A DNA stretch of 64,000 bases from Eledone cirrhosa (GCA_964016885.1 OZ024750.1:434001-498000), one strand, 5' to 3'; positions 44,613-57,622 are shown, numbered from the stretch's first letter. The notes: generated by a model not told the origin, from the letters alone. Numbers and translations are program-made.

Positions 44613-44734
44613 AGTTATCCAGTTTGAATTGTTCCTCCAAATCAGCTTTTGTGCGACTTTGTCAACGGCTTGTTGGTTACAACATCATTGTTATAGACAA
44701 CTGTTATCTTTCTAAACAATCTTCTATTTTCATG
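44613..44734 (+). CDS. FERM-only protein exon 6
   Basis: tttcag|ELSSLNCSSKSAFVRLCQRLVGYNIIVIDNCYLSKQSSIFM|gtaaca. Compare SNX27 YL..LR.CEGYNEIIFPHC at the F2/F3 junction. Confidence 0.85.
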
Positions 44735-45516
44735 GTAACATCTTACAATTATTAATATATACCTATATCTTTCCATGGTCAATAGAATAAAGTACCAGTC
44801 ATGTACTGGGGTTGATTTAATCATCCTTGTCCTTCCCCTAAATTTGCTGGCCTTGTGCCTAAATTAGAAATCAATCTTTCCAGGGTCAATAAAATTTTGT
44901 GGTTCCAAATAGACGATCGTAGAGGAGAAATTGAATTGTTTCATTATAGAAGAAACTAACTTTGTAACATATTTCTAGGATAATAAATTGAATTCTCTTT
45001 GAGCTTTCGATTTAAATAAGTTTAAAGAGCAGAGAACTTATCAAACTTTGCAAGGACTGCTGTCATCATAGAGGATGGTAAGCAAAGAGTTAATTGTTTA
45101 TAACGAGAAAGGAGTTTAAAAATATACTATCCTTGACAAGAAAATTGCTAGAGCTGGTGATACAATAAAATACACCTAGTACACTCTGTAAAGTGTTAGT
45201 GTTGGTGCCATAATAACTTGCACACAGTCTACTCTGTAAATTCATAGTGCTGGTGTCACAAAAAACACCATACCTTGTATGGTGGTTGGCATACCCAACT
45301 GTAGAAACCTTGCCTTGTATAGAATGCAGCAAGATTGGTCACTCTGACCAGTCTTATTGCAGACTGTGACAACCTGTACAGCCCATGCCAGCATGGAGAT
45401 GAGATGTATGATGATAATAATGAGGACCATATGGGTTGAGAAAAGAGGGAAAAGGAGTTTCTCCAAAATAAATATAAAGCCATTTGTAAAGAACTAGAAC
45501 TGAAAAACTTTCATCA

Positions 45517-46449
45517 TCTATCTATATATATAAAACTGTGGTTGTCTGTCTGTCTATCGATTTTTGGCACACATCTCTTAGAATCTCTGACGGAATTGCA
45601 CCGAAATTGCTATACTTGTACATTGAGCCCTAGCGAAGACATCGGAAAAAAAATATTTCAAATTGACCCACCCTATGTGACGAAATCGAATATAATGTAT
45701 CGATTTTTGAGCGTAAGTTATCAGTTATTTCCCTTTGTTCTGTTTACATTGAGCGTCTTACGTAAAAAATTACGCTGGCTTTCTCAGCGTTTAAAATGAC
45801 ATTAACACAATACACGAACAGTTGTCGAGCCAGCAAAATATTGACCTGCAAAATTCATCAGTTCGAACACTAAGCTTCCGTTTTGCTTCATTTCCATTTA
45901 AAAGCATTTTAAAACAATATTTTTACTTGAAAACAAGTCTATTTAAAGACTACGTAAAACAAGCAAATATTTCGTCGTTAGGCGTGCAGACAGACAGTCG
46001 TGCAGAGAGGTGATATACGCGTGCAGACAGATAGTCGTGCAGAGAGGTGATATAGGCGTGCAGACAGACAGTCGTGCAGAGAGGTGATATAGGCGTGCAG
46101 ACAGACAGTCGTGCAGAGAGGTGATATAGGCGTGCAGACAGACATAACTGATAATTTGGTTACGCTAATGTTTTTATCTGCGTTGCAGTGTTTACATTTT
46201 CGATCTTTGTTAATAAATAACCAGTGCAGTTTTTATCCCCAGCATCCTCTTTTGTTATAACATTCGGGTTATCGTTATGTTTTCTTAACTTCATAAGGCA
46301 TATTGTTGTTTGAGGGAATATTAATCAAAAACACCACATGCAAGTCTGCACAGTAGACACTACAGTTTTTAAGCCAAAAAAGAAACTTAACATTGTAACT
46401 TTAACACAGCTACTGAGCGACCCCGAGCAACGCCGGGCTTTACTGCTAG
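45517..46449 (+). mobile_element. Non-autonomous Helitron
   Basis: 5' end A|TCtatctatatatataaaa. 3' hairpin cccgagcaacgccggg (46422-46437) plus CTAG|T. Internal 37-bp tandem repeat at 45980-46144. Confidence 0.8.
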
Positions 46450-46452
46450 TTA

Positions 46453-47415
46453 TCTATAAAAGGCAGATTTTTGTGTCTGTATGTATGTTTCAATTTTATA
46501 CATTTACACAATTCCAAAAATATTGAATGAATAATTAAGCAGAATGTTTACAAATATTCTAACTTGGGTCATGGGCGAACTTATTGGGTAAAAAATGCCA
46601 CAATTACGGAAAAATCGATTTATTTCAACAATCGATGATTTCTCCTCTCTCATATGATATACGTTTCCTATATCTACTCCCTTCATCACCTCCCCTTAAA
46701 ATTGCTACCTTCTCTTATAAGTGTTTGTGAAAAAGAGAAACATTGAAAAAAACATATACACACATATATGTGGGTGCATACACACACATATATGTTGGTA
46801 TGGTTACGATTGACGTCATAGAAGCAGGAACGCGGGAATTTCAATCAATCAACGCATATACAGTTTGTTTTAGAAATAACTGTTTCTACTTTAGGCACAA
46901 GGCCAGCAATTACCCAGTGCATTACTGGTACTTTATTTTATCGACCCCGTAAGGATGAAAGGCAAAGTCAACCTCGGCGGGATTTGAACTCAGATCGTAA
47001 AGGGACGTAACTATGCTGGAAAGCATGGCGTCCGACCCTCTACCGATACTGCCAATTCACCGTTTTAGAAATAACAATAGCATATAATGATAAAGAGGAA
47101 GAGAGAGAAACAAACAGACACACTAAAAGACGGATATATGTGTGTGTGTTTGTATTAGCGCGTTCAAACTCCATTTCGAAGCTGACTTTCATTTACTAAA
47201 CTGTAAGTTTTTCAATCGGCCTTACACTTTCAAACTATATTTTTCTGTATAAGTAACTTTAACCCTTTATTTTCGATATAAAAATACACACATACATACA
47301 AAGACCTGTAAAGTTTTTTTTGGGGCCTTTCTTATCAATCTTTTTACATTCAATTATCAGCCTTATACTTTCAAAGTCAATTTTTATGTTGAAGTAACTT
47401 TCAACCTTTAATACA

Positions 47416-47447
<32 letters not shown>

Positions 47448-50229
47448 CACACATACATACATATACACACATACATACATATACACACATACATACAAAT
47501 ACCTGTCACTTAATTTACACACACATTGGCCTTACACTTTCATACACACATACATACATATACACACATACAAATACCTGTCATTTAATTTACACACACA
47601 TCGGCTTTACACTTTCAAACTAAATTTTTCTGTAGAAGTAACTTTAACCCTTTCTTTTCGACATAAAAATACACACATCCATACAAATACCTGTAAATTT
47701 TATTTTGGGGCCTTTCTTATCAATCTTTTTACATTCAATTATCAGCCTTATACTTTCAAAGTCAATTTTTATGTTGAAGTAACTTTCACCCTTTATTTTT
47801 CGATACCCATTTACTTACTAACATTTGTATCACAACAACAACAATATTCATAAACAGACAGTAGACTTTCAAAGTCAATTTTTCTGTAGAAGTAACTTTC
47901 ACCCTTTCTTTTGGACATAAAATGCCACCTAAAAAGAGAAGTCGCCTCAGTCGACATACCGCGTCAGCAGTGGCGCAAAAGACTTTCACAGACAGCCTTA
48001 CGTTCAGCAGAATATGAAGCCGCTGAAAGTTTCCAACAGCGCACCACACGCCTAGCCAAAATGGCTTCATACCAGGCTTCTTCCAGGGCTTCAGAGAGCC
48101 ATGAACAAAGGTCGAAGCGCCTGGCTAGAAACGATGCGACTAATGCTGCTTTCAGGTCTTTGGAACGTTTAAAACAACGGACGGCTCGCCTTCCTACGAA
48201 CGCTGCGGCTATGACTACTTCCATGGCTTCTGAAGATGCAGACGGGCGGTCCATTAGCATTGCAAATGTTGCTTCTGCTATTGCTGCCAGACCTTCCCAC
48301 CAACCACACGACCAATGTTCTACGTTCAAGCGTAACAGTCGACGGCGAGAAGCTGCACGCGGAGTGACGAGCCCCAACAGCCCTTACTGGCACCTACGGA
48401 CTTTCAAGTATGAGCAAAACGTTAATTACTCGATGCGCTCCGACATAAATATAGGCGAGATGCGCTTCAATTGCCAATTCTGCAATGCTACAAAGTGGGC
48501 TGGGGAGCCACCTGCAATGTGCTGCTTAAACGGTAAGGTCACCTTGCCCCCTCTTACGGAACCACCAGAGCCTTTGAAGGAACTACTGACTGGTTATACC
48601 TCAAGGTCAAAAAAAAAACCCTGATCCCCCCCCAATAAAAAACGCTCCTGGGGGTACCGGAAAAACTTTTGTAACGAATTTGATTCTCGCTAAGATTCGT
48701 CAGGAGAAAAAAGTTGCGTTGTCCGTTGCATCGTCCGTGATCGCTGCTACTTTGCTGCCGGGAGGCAGGACAGCACATTCAACCTTTAAACTCCCTTTGG
48801 ATTTAGTAAAAACTGAGACACCAACATGCAATATCAGCAAGAGTTCACACAAAGCTCTGGTTCTCAAAAGATGTTGCCTCATTGTTTGGGATGAGTGCAC
48901 AATGGCACACAAGGGTGCCCTTGAGGCATTGGACAAGGTCCGGAAAGACATTAGCGATTCTACGGCTCCTATGGGTGGCGTAACCCTTCTGCTATCAGGG
49001 GATTTTCGGAAAACGCTGCCTGTCATCCCCAAAGGGACAAGAGCTGATGAAGTGCGTGCCTGCCTTAAGTCGTCCATGTTGTGGCTCCAGGTGAATAGTT
49101 TGTACCTGAGCACAAATATGCGTGCTCATTTGCATGGTGACAACATGTCTGCAGCACAGAACATTTTAGCACTTGGTGAGGGCAAGATCCCTGCGGATGA
49201 CAAGGGCGGCATAGCAATCGACACCCTGTGCAACATTGTGAGCAGCCCTTCTGACCTTTGGGAAGCAGTTTTTCCTAATGTCTCATCTAACTTTAAAAAC
49301 CTCGATTGGCTCAGCGAAAGAGCCATCCTTGCTCCGAAAAATACCATGGTTAATTTTATTAACGAGCAGCTGATTGAGAAGATTCCCGGTAAAGAGCACA
49401 TCTTCAAATCAGACCCCGACGATATCGTTAATTATCCGGTTGAGTTATTAAATCTCCTTGAGCCCCCAGGGCTCCCACCTCACATGATTAAGCTTAGGGT
49501 TGGCTGTCCCATTATGCTAATAAGGAACTTGCGTCCACCAAAGCTGTGCAACGGTACTCGCATGGTCGTCAAGTCACTGACACCCACTTGATTGAGGCCA
49601 CCATTGTAACAGGGTGCGGAAGAGGGGAGAATGTTTTCATTCCAAGGATGAACCTTTTCCCCTCGGCATCAGATATTCCATTTGATTTCTGGCGATCCCA
49701 ATTCCCGGTGAGACCATGTTTTGCCATGTCCATTAACAAGTCACAAGGGCAAACATTGTCAGTGGCGGGCATCCATTTGGGGGAGCCATGCTTCTCCCAT
49801 GGCCAACTTTATGTTGCCTGTTCCCGCACAGGGAGCAGGAATGGACTTTTTGCTTACTCTGCTCAAGGGATGACACTGCAATATCGTCTACAAAGAGGTG
49901 CTATAGATGTTGGTGCAGGTGTTGGAGGTGTTGGAGCTATGCCGTCTGGAACACTATTTCCTGGTAGGGTATCCCATGGCGGACAGATCTGACACCCAGC
50001 GGCATCAGGGCCACCATCTTGCAACTTTGGTCTACTAAATTCGCTATTGGAAGATTATTAACCTATCATTGATTGACCAAAATGCTAATTGGTTCGTAAC
50101 TTTTAATAACCGGTTCAACTGCTTTATGCACTTAATTGATAAGCTTATTCGCTTTCAAACCACGTTTACCTGTATGTAACTTTTCATAGCAAATGAACAA
50201 ACCCGAGCAACGCCGGGCTAAACTGCTAG
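46453..50229 (+). mobile_element. Internally deleted Helitron (RepHel-derived)
   Basis: 5' end A|TCtataaaa. Identical 3' hairpin (50202-50217) plus CTAG|T. Contains a SINE (46873-47062), subterminal tandem repeats (about 47200-47920) and RepHel remnants. Confidence 0.88.
47922..49906 (+). pseudogene. Helitron RepHel pseudogene: N-terminal region plus PIF1-like helicase, Rep deleted, frameshifted
   Basis: MPPKKR start and ES.EQR..RL repeats, then CQFC...MCCLNGKVTLPPL..PEPL. It continues directly to Walker A APGGTGKT (48644-48667), GGRTAHS, IVWDE, SGDFR, LCNGTR, FAMSINKSQGQT, HGQLYVACSR and NIVYKEVL-stop at 49906. At least 3 frameshifts. Confidence 0.9.
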
Positions 50230-50263
50230 TGTATTATATATTGTTTCTCTTTTATTCTAACAG

Positions 50264-50324
50264 AACCACTTAGGAAGTCCTTGTAAAATCACATTATCGC
50301 GGAAAGATTTATCTGTGATAACAG
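50264..50324 (+). CDS. FERM-only protein exon 7
   Basis: ctaacag|NHLGSPCKITLSRKDLSVIT|gtaag, phase 0-1. Confidence 0.75.
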
Positions 50325-50496
50325 GTAAGAGATTCCACTATTTTTTCCATCATTATGTTACAAAGACATCTTAATAACTGAAATAATTTTAGGAAATACC
50401 TCCAAATTCTTCATTGATTAATTCAAATACTGTGTATTTTTACGAGAAATCTGTTAATGAAAATATTAAAGAAATTTAATTTATATTATTTTTCAG

Positions 50497-50696
50497 ACGA
50501 AGATTCAGTTACAATATCCTGGAATAATATTAAACAGTGGTCTCTAGAACATTCTGGAACAATATTGACTTACTCAGTGTTACATAGAAATCAACAAACA
50601 AATAGCATGACTAAAGAAGATAAAAATATTTGTATTGAGAGTAAACAAACTGATGATCTCTTATCTACCACACATGACATTCTTAAAAGTATACAG
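50497..50696 (+). CDS. FERM-only protein exon 8 (F3/PTB-like lobe)
   Basis: tttcag|DEDSVTISWNNIKQWSLEHSG...ICIESKQ...ILKSIQ|gtaaa. Compare SNX27 FEWDEMQRW. Confidence 0.85.
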
Positions 50697-50779
50697 GTAA
50701 ACATATTTGCTGGTCTATTGGATGCCCCTTCGTATAAGACGCCCCTTCATATGACGCCCCCTGCTTTTACAATCTAACA

Positions 50780-51040
50780 ATGGCCTAATGGTTAGGATGC
50801 TTCACATTACATCGTTATGTCATTGGTTCAATTCCTAGTTGGGCTGTTGTGTTCTTGAGCAAAACACTTTATTTCATGTTGCTCCAGTATACTCAACTAA
50901 GAGTGAGTACCAGCAGTAGCTGGGAAGTTTATCCTGTGATAGATTGGTGACCTATCCAGGGAGAGTCTTGTATTCTCAGTCACTTAATGCCAAGGAAACC
51001 GGATATAAGCACCGGCCTGATGAGCCTTTGACTTAGAACA
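50780..51040 (+). mobile_element. tRNA-SINE with V-SINE-like central domain
   Basis: tggcctaatggttagg head and gattggtgacctatccagggag...gaaaccgg...ccggcctgatgagcc. Related reverse copy at about 8430-8570. Confidence 0.55.
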
Positions 51041-51204
51041 GCCCTTATACAATCTGAATAATGAACAGCCCTTATACAATCTGAATAATGAAATAATTAT
51101 TGATTTTTAATAGGTCGCATCAAATTTTTCAATAATAAATACAAATATATTTTATGAGAAACATAGTAACAAGATTAATATACATATTCTATTTTTTTTA
51201 CCAG

Positions 51205-51309
51205 AAAAATTACCGGCAATTTGCATTCTATGGATCAATGATCAACATAGAACCAGATGGAACTAAAACTTGGACTAATCCATTATTTGGGGCTGGTTCA
51301 TTGATATAA
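51205..51309 (+). CDS. FERM-only protein exon 9 (terminal, NPxF motif)
   Basis: ttaccag|KNYRQFAFYGSMINIEPDGTKTWTNPLFGAGSLI*. Phase 0 matches exon 8. Confidence 0.75.
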   Translation, partial: KNYRQFAFYGSMINIEPDGTKTWTNPLFGAGSLI

Positions 51310-51396
51310 AGTTGGTTAAAAATAAATATTTGAAGAAAACTTGTCCTGCAATCTCTCTTCCTCTGTTTTTACAGCTTCAATAGAGGAAGACCCAAC

Positions 51397-51640
51397 GACC
51401 CATCCCTGTGTATAGGTGTGTTGTGATGACCCATCCCTGTGTATAGGTGTGTTGTGATGACCCATGGCTGTGTATAGGCGTGTTGTGATGACCCATTGCT
51501 GTGTATAGGTGTGTTGTGATGACCCATTGCTGTATATAGGTGTGTTGTGATGACCCATGGCTGTGTATAGGTGTGTTGTGATGACCCATGGCTGTATATA
51601 TGTGTGTGTTAGATGACCCATTGCTGTGTATAGGTGTGTT
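51397..51640. repeat. 31-bp minisatellite, about 8 copies
   Basis: Unit gacccatggctgtgtataggtgtgttgtgat. Confidence 0.9.
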
Positions 51641-53838
51641 TGGATGAACTTATTTGGCAGAAACGATAATATTCAATCTTCAGACATTTAAATGAAACAA
51701 TTTTCAGTTTAAATCCTGAGCAGACTAAAGATTCCAGTGAAGGAACCCATAGTCCAGTTTTTATTCTTATTTATAGGCTTTTGAATTCACGCCATTATTT
51801 TCCGAGAGAGAGTGAGGGATTGGTCCATCATGGGTGTAGAGGACAAAATGCTTTGTGGCTTTTCGTATTCTGAGTTGAAATACCAATATATCAAAATTGC
51901 ATGACATCTTGGGCAAGTATCTTTACTCTAGCTTTGAACTGACTTTTTGTCTGGCTCCATCTATGTATCTTCATAGCAACATTGTTTAAAGCAAGTAGTG
52001 ACATTTGTTTATATTCTGTATGAGCAATTCAATGATGGTCATTAGCTGATATCATACTTCGACGACGATGATGATGATCTTCTTCAAAATAAGTTTAAAA
52101 GGTAATTAAAAATAACTTTTCATCTGCTATCATCTCAGAGTGCATGAGAACTTATTTACTAAACATTGGTGGAGAATAAAAATAGGTGAGAAGGTAAAAC
52201 AGATTGAATAGGAAATGAAAATATGCTATATAATAATAATGATAATAAGCAGTCAGTTTTGCAGTCAAGCATGAAATGCAGTTATTCAAATGTAATAGAA
52301 GAAGCTTACAATATTTATTGTGGTCCATATTTCTTTAATTTTATGGTAAGTTGGCAAGATGTAAATTTTAGTAAGCAACTATCTTTTGTAAAATATTAAA
52401 TTAGTCATATATTTTGGGCGGAAACAAAAGCAAAACAACATTTTGTAATATAGTCTATGTTGTTGTTGTTGTTGTTAATGTTGTTGTTATGTGTATTAGT
52501 TACATGGTTCAACTATAATAATGAAATTTGAAAATGAATTTTTAAAGAAATTTTGCAAAACTTCACTTTATCTTTATACTACTAGGGAAAAAATAACAAT
52601 CAATGATGATTATGATGATGTTGATGCTGGTGATGATGATTGTTGATGATGATGATGATGTTGGTGGTGATGATGATGATGTTGGTGATGATGGTGGTGG
52701 TGGTGATGATGGTGATAACTATGAGCCAATGAGGAAACCTGTATGTAATCACTAAATCTGCCAGAAACAGCAATATCTGTCACAACCTCTGCCTTTATAA
52801 TCATCATTTGATTGTGATAACTACACACACATCTTTCTGCATGCCCAGATCTTCTGCATGCCGAAGTTTGGAATTTATTTAAGAACCCCCTAAAATTATA
52901 TTCAATCCCCAAAAATTAAATTCAATTTAAGTTCTAATTATTATTGTTATTATTTAATACTTTATCAAAAGTTTGTGCTAAGTACTACAGAGTATATCAT
53001 AAACTCCTGTAGTAGATAAGCTCCCAATAAACTGACTCTAAACCAAGTTTGATTCCCAGTCATAGCTATTTCATAGTCTACAAATACTCTAGGGAAAGAG
53101 ATGTCGTACCATTCCTTTACTCCTTCTAGTGAACAAGATCAATAGCCAACAGATGGAATTTCTCTGATCATAAAAGGTCAAGCAATTGATTTTATTTTTC
53201 ATACTTATACATAAAATAAATATATATTTTATGATTAAATATTTTCAATGTAAATATATTTTCTGGTTGTAGCTTATATGATATTGATGAATTAATTAAT
53301 TCTTAACATTCTGTAATGATTTAGGAGAAAATATAAAAAAACTAGTTTGTTACTTCAAATGTTTATAGCATTTTTGTTTATAAATGTTTATATCAAACAT
53401 TTACAGTATAAGAGTAAAGACTTTAATTTTTAATGTAATACAGTCCTGATCATTATTTAACATCTGTTATTTGATACTTTTCCTAAATATGTTGCTAATG
53501 TGGTTTGGTTTCATATGGTACAGGATGTTACAAGTTAATAACTTAAAAACAAGCAAGAATGTTATTGAAACTCAGTTGACCTTCCTTGTAAATGTGCAGG
53601 AAATCAATATATTTTGTAGAGTGGAACCTCAGTTCATGAATGCCTCTCTTCACAAACAAATCAGTTCATAAATGGTGTCTCAAGAAATGAACACATAAAC
53701 CAGCAACAACTGTTGGCAACAAACTTGGAGTATTGGTGGGAAAGTGTCTCCAGTTGTGTAGTTAGTTACTATGGTGATATCTGTCTTTCACACACACACA
53801 CACACTCTCTCTCGCTCTCTCGCTCTCTCGCTCTCTCG

Positions 53839-53890
<52 letters not shown>

Positions 53891-55249
53891 ATTTCATTTG
53901 GGAAAAATAGTTTTGGTTTACAAACATTTTGGGTGACATTAAATTCGTAAACTGAGGTTTCACTGTATTTATATTTACTGAACTCTCAATTGCCAAATAA
54001 AATAAATTATCAGTTGAATGTTAAAAATAATGAAGACAAATGAAAATATTTCTTAATTTGTTTCACTACGAACTAGAAACATCTAACAAAATGCAAGCTT
54101 ATTTTTCATTTTTCTGATTTATGAGAAAATAATTTCTTTAAAAATATATTCCTCAAATTTTATATCCTAGTCCCAATTATATATATTGTATATTTTATCT
54201 CATATATATATGAGATAAAATAAAGGTATCTGCTTTTTGTAAGCAACTTCCCACATTTATATTGTAGGTGGTTGTGTGAATACAAAAAGAAAAAAGGTTT
54301 GTGTTCTACTTAGTCAATGGAACTGTTTATCATAAGTACCTAATTGATATGAATTATGTTACCAAGTTTATTGAACCAGCAAATAAGGCAAAGTTGATTT
54401 AGGTGGGATTGTAAGGAGCCACAAATTATTTTATCTAACACTCTAATAATTCTGTCAATGCAGCATCCTTATAAAGCCAGTAAAATAATTATTTCTAAAA
54501 TTGGCTAAAGGCCAGCAATTTGTGGGAAGGGGAACGTTGACTGTATCAGCCCCCCCCCCCCCCCCCCCCCCATATTTAAATGGCACATTTTATCAATTGC
54601 AGACAGATAAAAGGCAAAGTTGACCTTAACAGGATTTGAACTCAGAATGTAAAGCGATAAATACCAGATGAGTCTGCCAATCCAATCCAATACCCTTCTG
54701 AAAGCAATAAAAGAACAGACCATTGGTTTGGATATTGGCTGATATATAAGAAGCCTGACTGAGAAAGAGAGAGCATATTTTATTCCACTGGCACCGAAGC
54801 TGAAATGAAGCCAACTGGGTTGAGATCAAGAACCTGTAGTAGTCTTTGATATATGAACTGGAAATAAAAAGATGATTCATCATCATCATCATCATCACCA
54901 TCATTATCATCATCATCGTTTTTATATCTACTTTTCCATGCTGCTATAGGTTAGACAAGACATTTTGAAGCAATGTTTTACAGCCAGATTCCCTTCCAGA
55001 CATCAACACTGTTAGTTGCTCCTTAGGTACCCTGTATTCTGTGTGTTCTATCCTACACCGGATACACACAGTTTTTATAGTGTAGACAGTGTAGACAATG
55101 TTTTCCATCATAGGAGTACACATCAATTCCTACGATACTAGGTTAAGTATAGATAGTTCTGGAAAATTTATTTATTTTATTACCTAATGTAATTTCTTTT
55201 ATTATTATTATTATTTATATATTTTCTGTTTCACTATTCCTAGTCTGCA

Positions 55250-55590
55250 GCAGGTGACACCATGCTTTGTAGCATAGAGTTACCTCCCTTTATGATCTGA
55301 GTTCAAATCCCGCCGAGGTTAACTTTACCTTTCATCCTTACGGGGTCGATAAAATAAAGTACCAGTAATGCACTGGGTAATTTATGCCTTGTGCCAAAAG
55401 TAGAAACAATTATTACCAAGGGCAGTGAATTGGCAGAATCGGTAGAGTGTCAGACAACATGCTTAGCGATATAGAGTTATGGCTCTTTACGGTCTGAGTT
55501 CAAATCTTGCCGAAGTTAGCTTTGCTTTTCATCCTTATTGGGGGTCGATAAAATAAAGTACCAGTAATGCACTGGATCAATTTAATTGAC
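55250..55590 (+). mobile_element. Two tandem tRNA-derived SINE copies
   Basis: Family consensus at about 55250-55413 and 55419-55590. Confidence 0.75.
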
Positions 55591-57521
55591 TTTCCTCTGT
55601 GTATTATCTGTGAGTGGCTTTTACAGTTTTAGTTGTGTGTGTGTGAGATTATTGTGAAGTGTATGTTTGTGTGTGTGTGAGATTGTCAAGTGTATTGTAT
55701 GTGTGTGTGAGATTGTCAAGTGTATTGTATGTGTGTGTGTAAGATTATTGTGAAATGTGTGTGTGTGTGTCTTTAACAACTCTAGTTGTGTTGTGTTGTT
55801 CATGTGAAGGAAAAAATATAGTTTAAAGTTATTTTCTTGATAATGAGATTTACTTTGTCTAGAGGACAGTAATTTAATGAATATATCTAACGATGTTTGT
55901 ATTTGCTTGTAAATTTAATTACCAGATAAATTGAAGTGTAATTGGCATAAAGCATCAATTTTCACAGAACTACCATCGTCCAGACTTGTGTTAGTGTTAA
56001 AACATGAATTTGCTGATTTTAGTTACACAAATTTATGGAGTCTGTAAAAATTGTTTGTTAAGCATAAACTCAAAAAATGATTAATAAATGTACAGAGAAA
56101 TTAGGAGAGGTTGTCTGTTGTGAATACATGTTTAAATAGAACCAATGTAAATAGTGTAGAGAAGAGTGAAATAAGCTTGGCTGCATATGTATTGAGTGTA
56201 TAGTGTCATACAATACAGACATTAAAATATAAGACATTGCAGTTTCAATTGCAGCCCATCTTATAAAGGTGTTCATTTGGAAGTTCAACAAAAATGACAT
56301 TGCCATGAGTTGCAACCAGAATAGTTTCAGTAATGGAAAGACAAATGGAAACATTGTTTCCTTGGCTTTATTTGATGAGTTCCTCCCCAATCAGTAAGCA
56401 AATGAGGTCTGGGATCTTGTCAATCGATAAAAAATTAAAAAAGTATATATATAAATGTAAGACAGAAGTTACAGAAATATGTATAATAGATTGATTACGT
56501 AACACCAGACTTATGCTGGTCGCTGTTGTAGTGATTGTACAACAGCTCCATGCCTGGTCACTGTTGTAATGATTGTACAACAGCTCCATGCCTGTGTCAG
56601 AAATATGTATAATAAATATGATTATGTAACTTCTATCTTAATGATTATTTCACACATAATAACTCTGTTATGTTTGATTGTAACTTGTAAGCTGAATAGA
56701 TACAAGTGATGTGAAATGGTCTTACTGGCTTAAACCCATTTATCAATGAGAAGTCATTAATATTTCAAACTAAGGGTGGTGAACAACAACAAATAAGAGT
56801 TTTGTATAATAAAAGTAGGGTGGTTTCAGGTGGGTTGGTATCAAAAGGCTTAAATTAGACAACATATTTTCTGAAAAGCAAAGATGGAATAAATATGGAT
56901 ATAAAACTTTTGGTGATAGGTCTGCTTGATCAGGGATGACCTGGGGTTAAACATCAGCAACAACCACACAAGATAAACATATTTAATCTTACTGTAGAGA
57001 CTTTTGAGTTAAAATACAAATTAACTCTCATCATCCTATAAAGGTTTAGCAGAAGATATCTTCAGATTTGTTTTGTTATTCAAATGTTTATAGTATCTTT
57101 ACAAATCAACAGATTTTTTGAAAATTTGCAGTTTTAGAGCAAAGACTTTAATTTTTCATGTAATATAGTCATAGTGCTGTTTTGTACTTTTTAACCCTTT
57201 AACATTTAAACCGGCCGTATCCAGCCAGAATTCTCTCTCCTCTTTCTGTTTAAACCAGCCATAACTAGCCACTCATACTGATGTTAAGGTATTGTTCTCA
57301 AAATAAATAACATCAAAATCTCTTATAATATTTAATTTACGTTAAGGAATAACACACAATGTTATTTTTATAGGATTTCAAACTCTAAATCAAATCTTGT
57401 AAGGGATTCCAGTTCATTATAAACACAATACTTTGTTATTTGTATTCATTTACATCAGGAATTCATAAAGTTGGCAGAGCTTCCAGTTGTTTTTTTTTTT
57501 CTTTCTGTTCTTTATTTTATA

Positions 57522-57622
57522 CAGGGTGTCCCCCAAAAATGTATACATACTTTGATTACGTGTACAGGCAATATTTATTAGAATGCTGTTGAAGTGTGTA
57601 TATATTTTTCTGGGACAGCCTG
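57522..57622. mobile_element. About 100 bp Tc1/mariner-type MITE
   Basis: TA|cagggtgtcccccaaaaatgtatacatac...gtgtgtatatatttttctgggacagcctg|TA. Confidence 0.7.

Noticed and set aside
50995-51030. GAAACCGG...CCGGCCTGATGAGCC as a ribozyme
   Set aside because: No UH site or stem I between the motifs; it is part of a SINE body.
52610-52912. Poly-His ORF
   Set aside because: Translation of a (GAT/GGT)n trinucleotide microsatellite.
54191-54222. 32-bp perfect palindrome centred on TA repeats
   Set aside because: Real but short and AT-rich, with no further structure to support a function.
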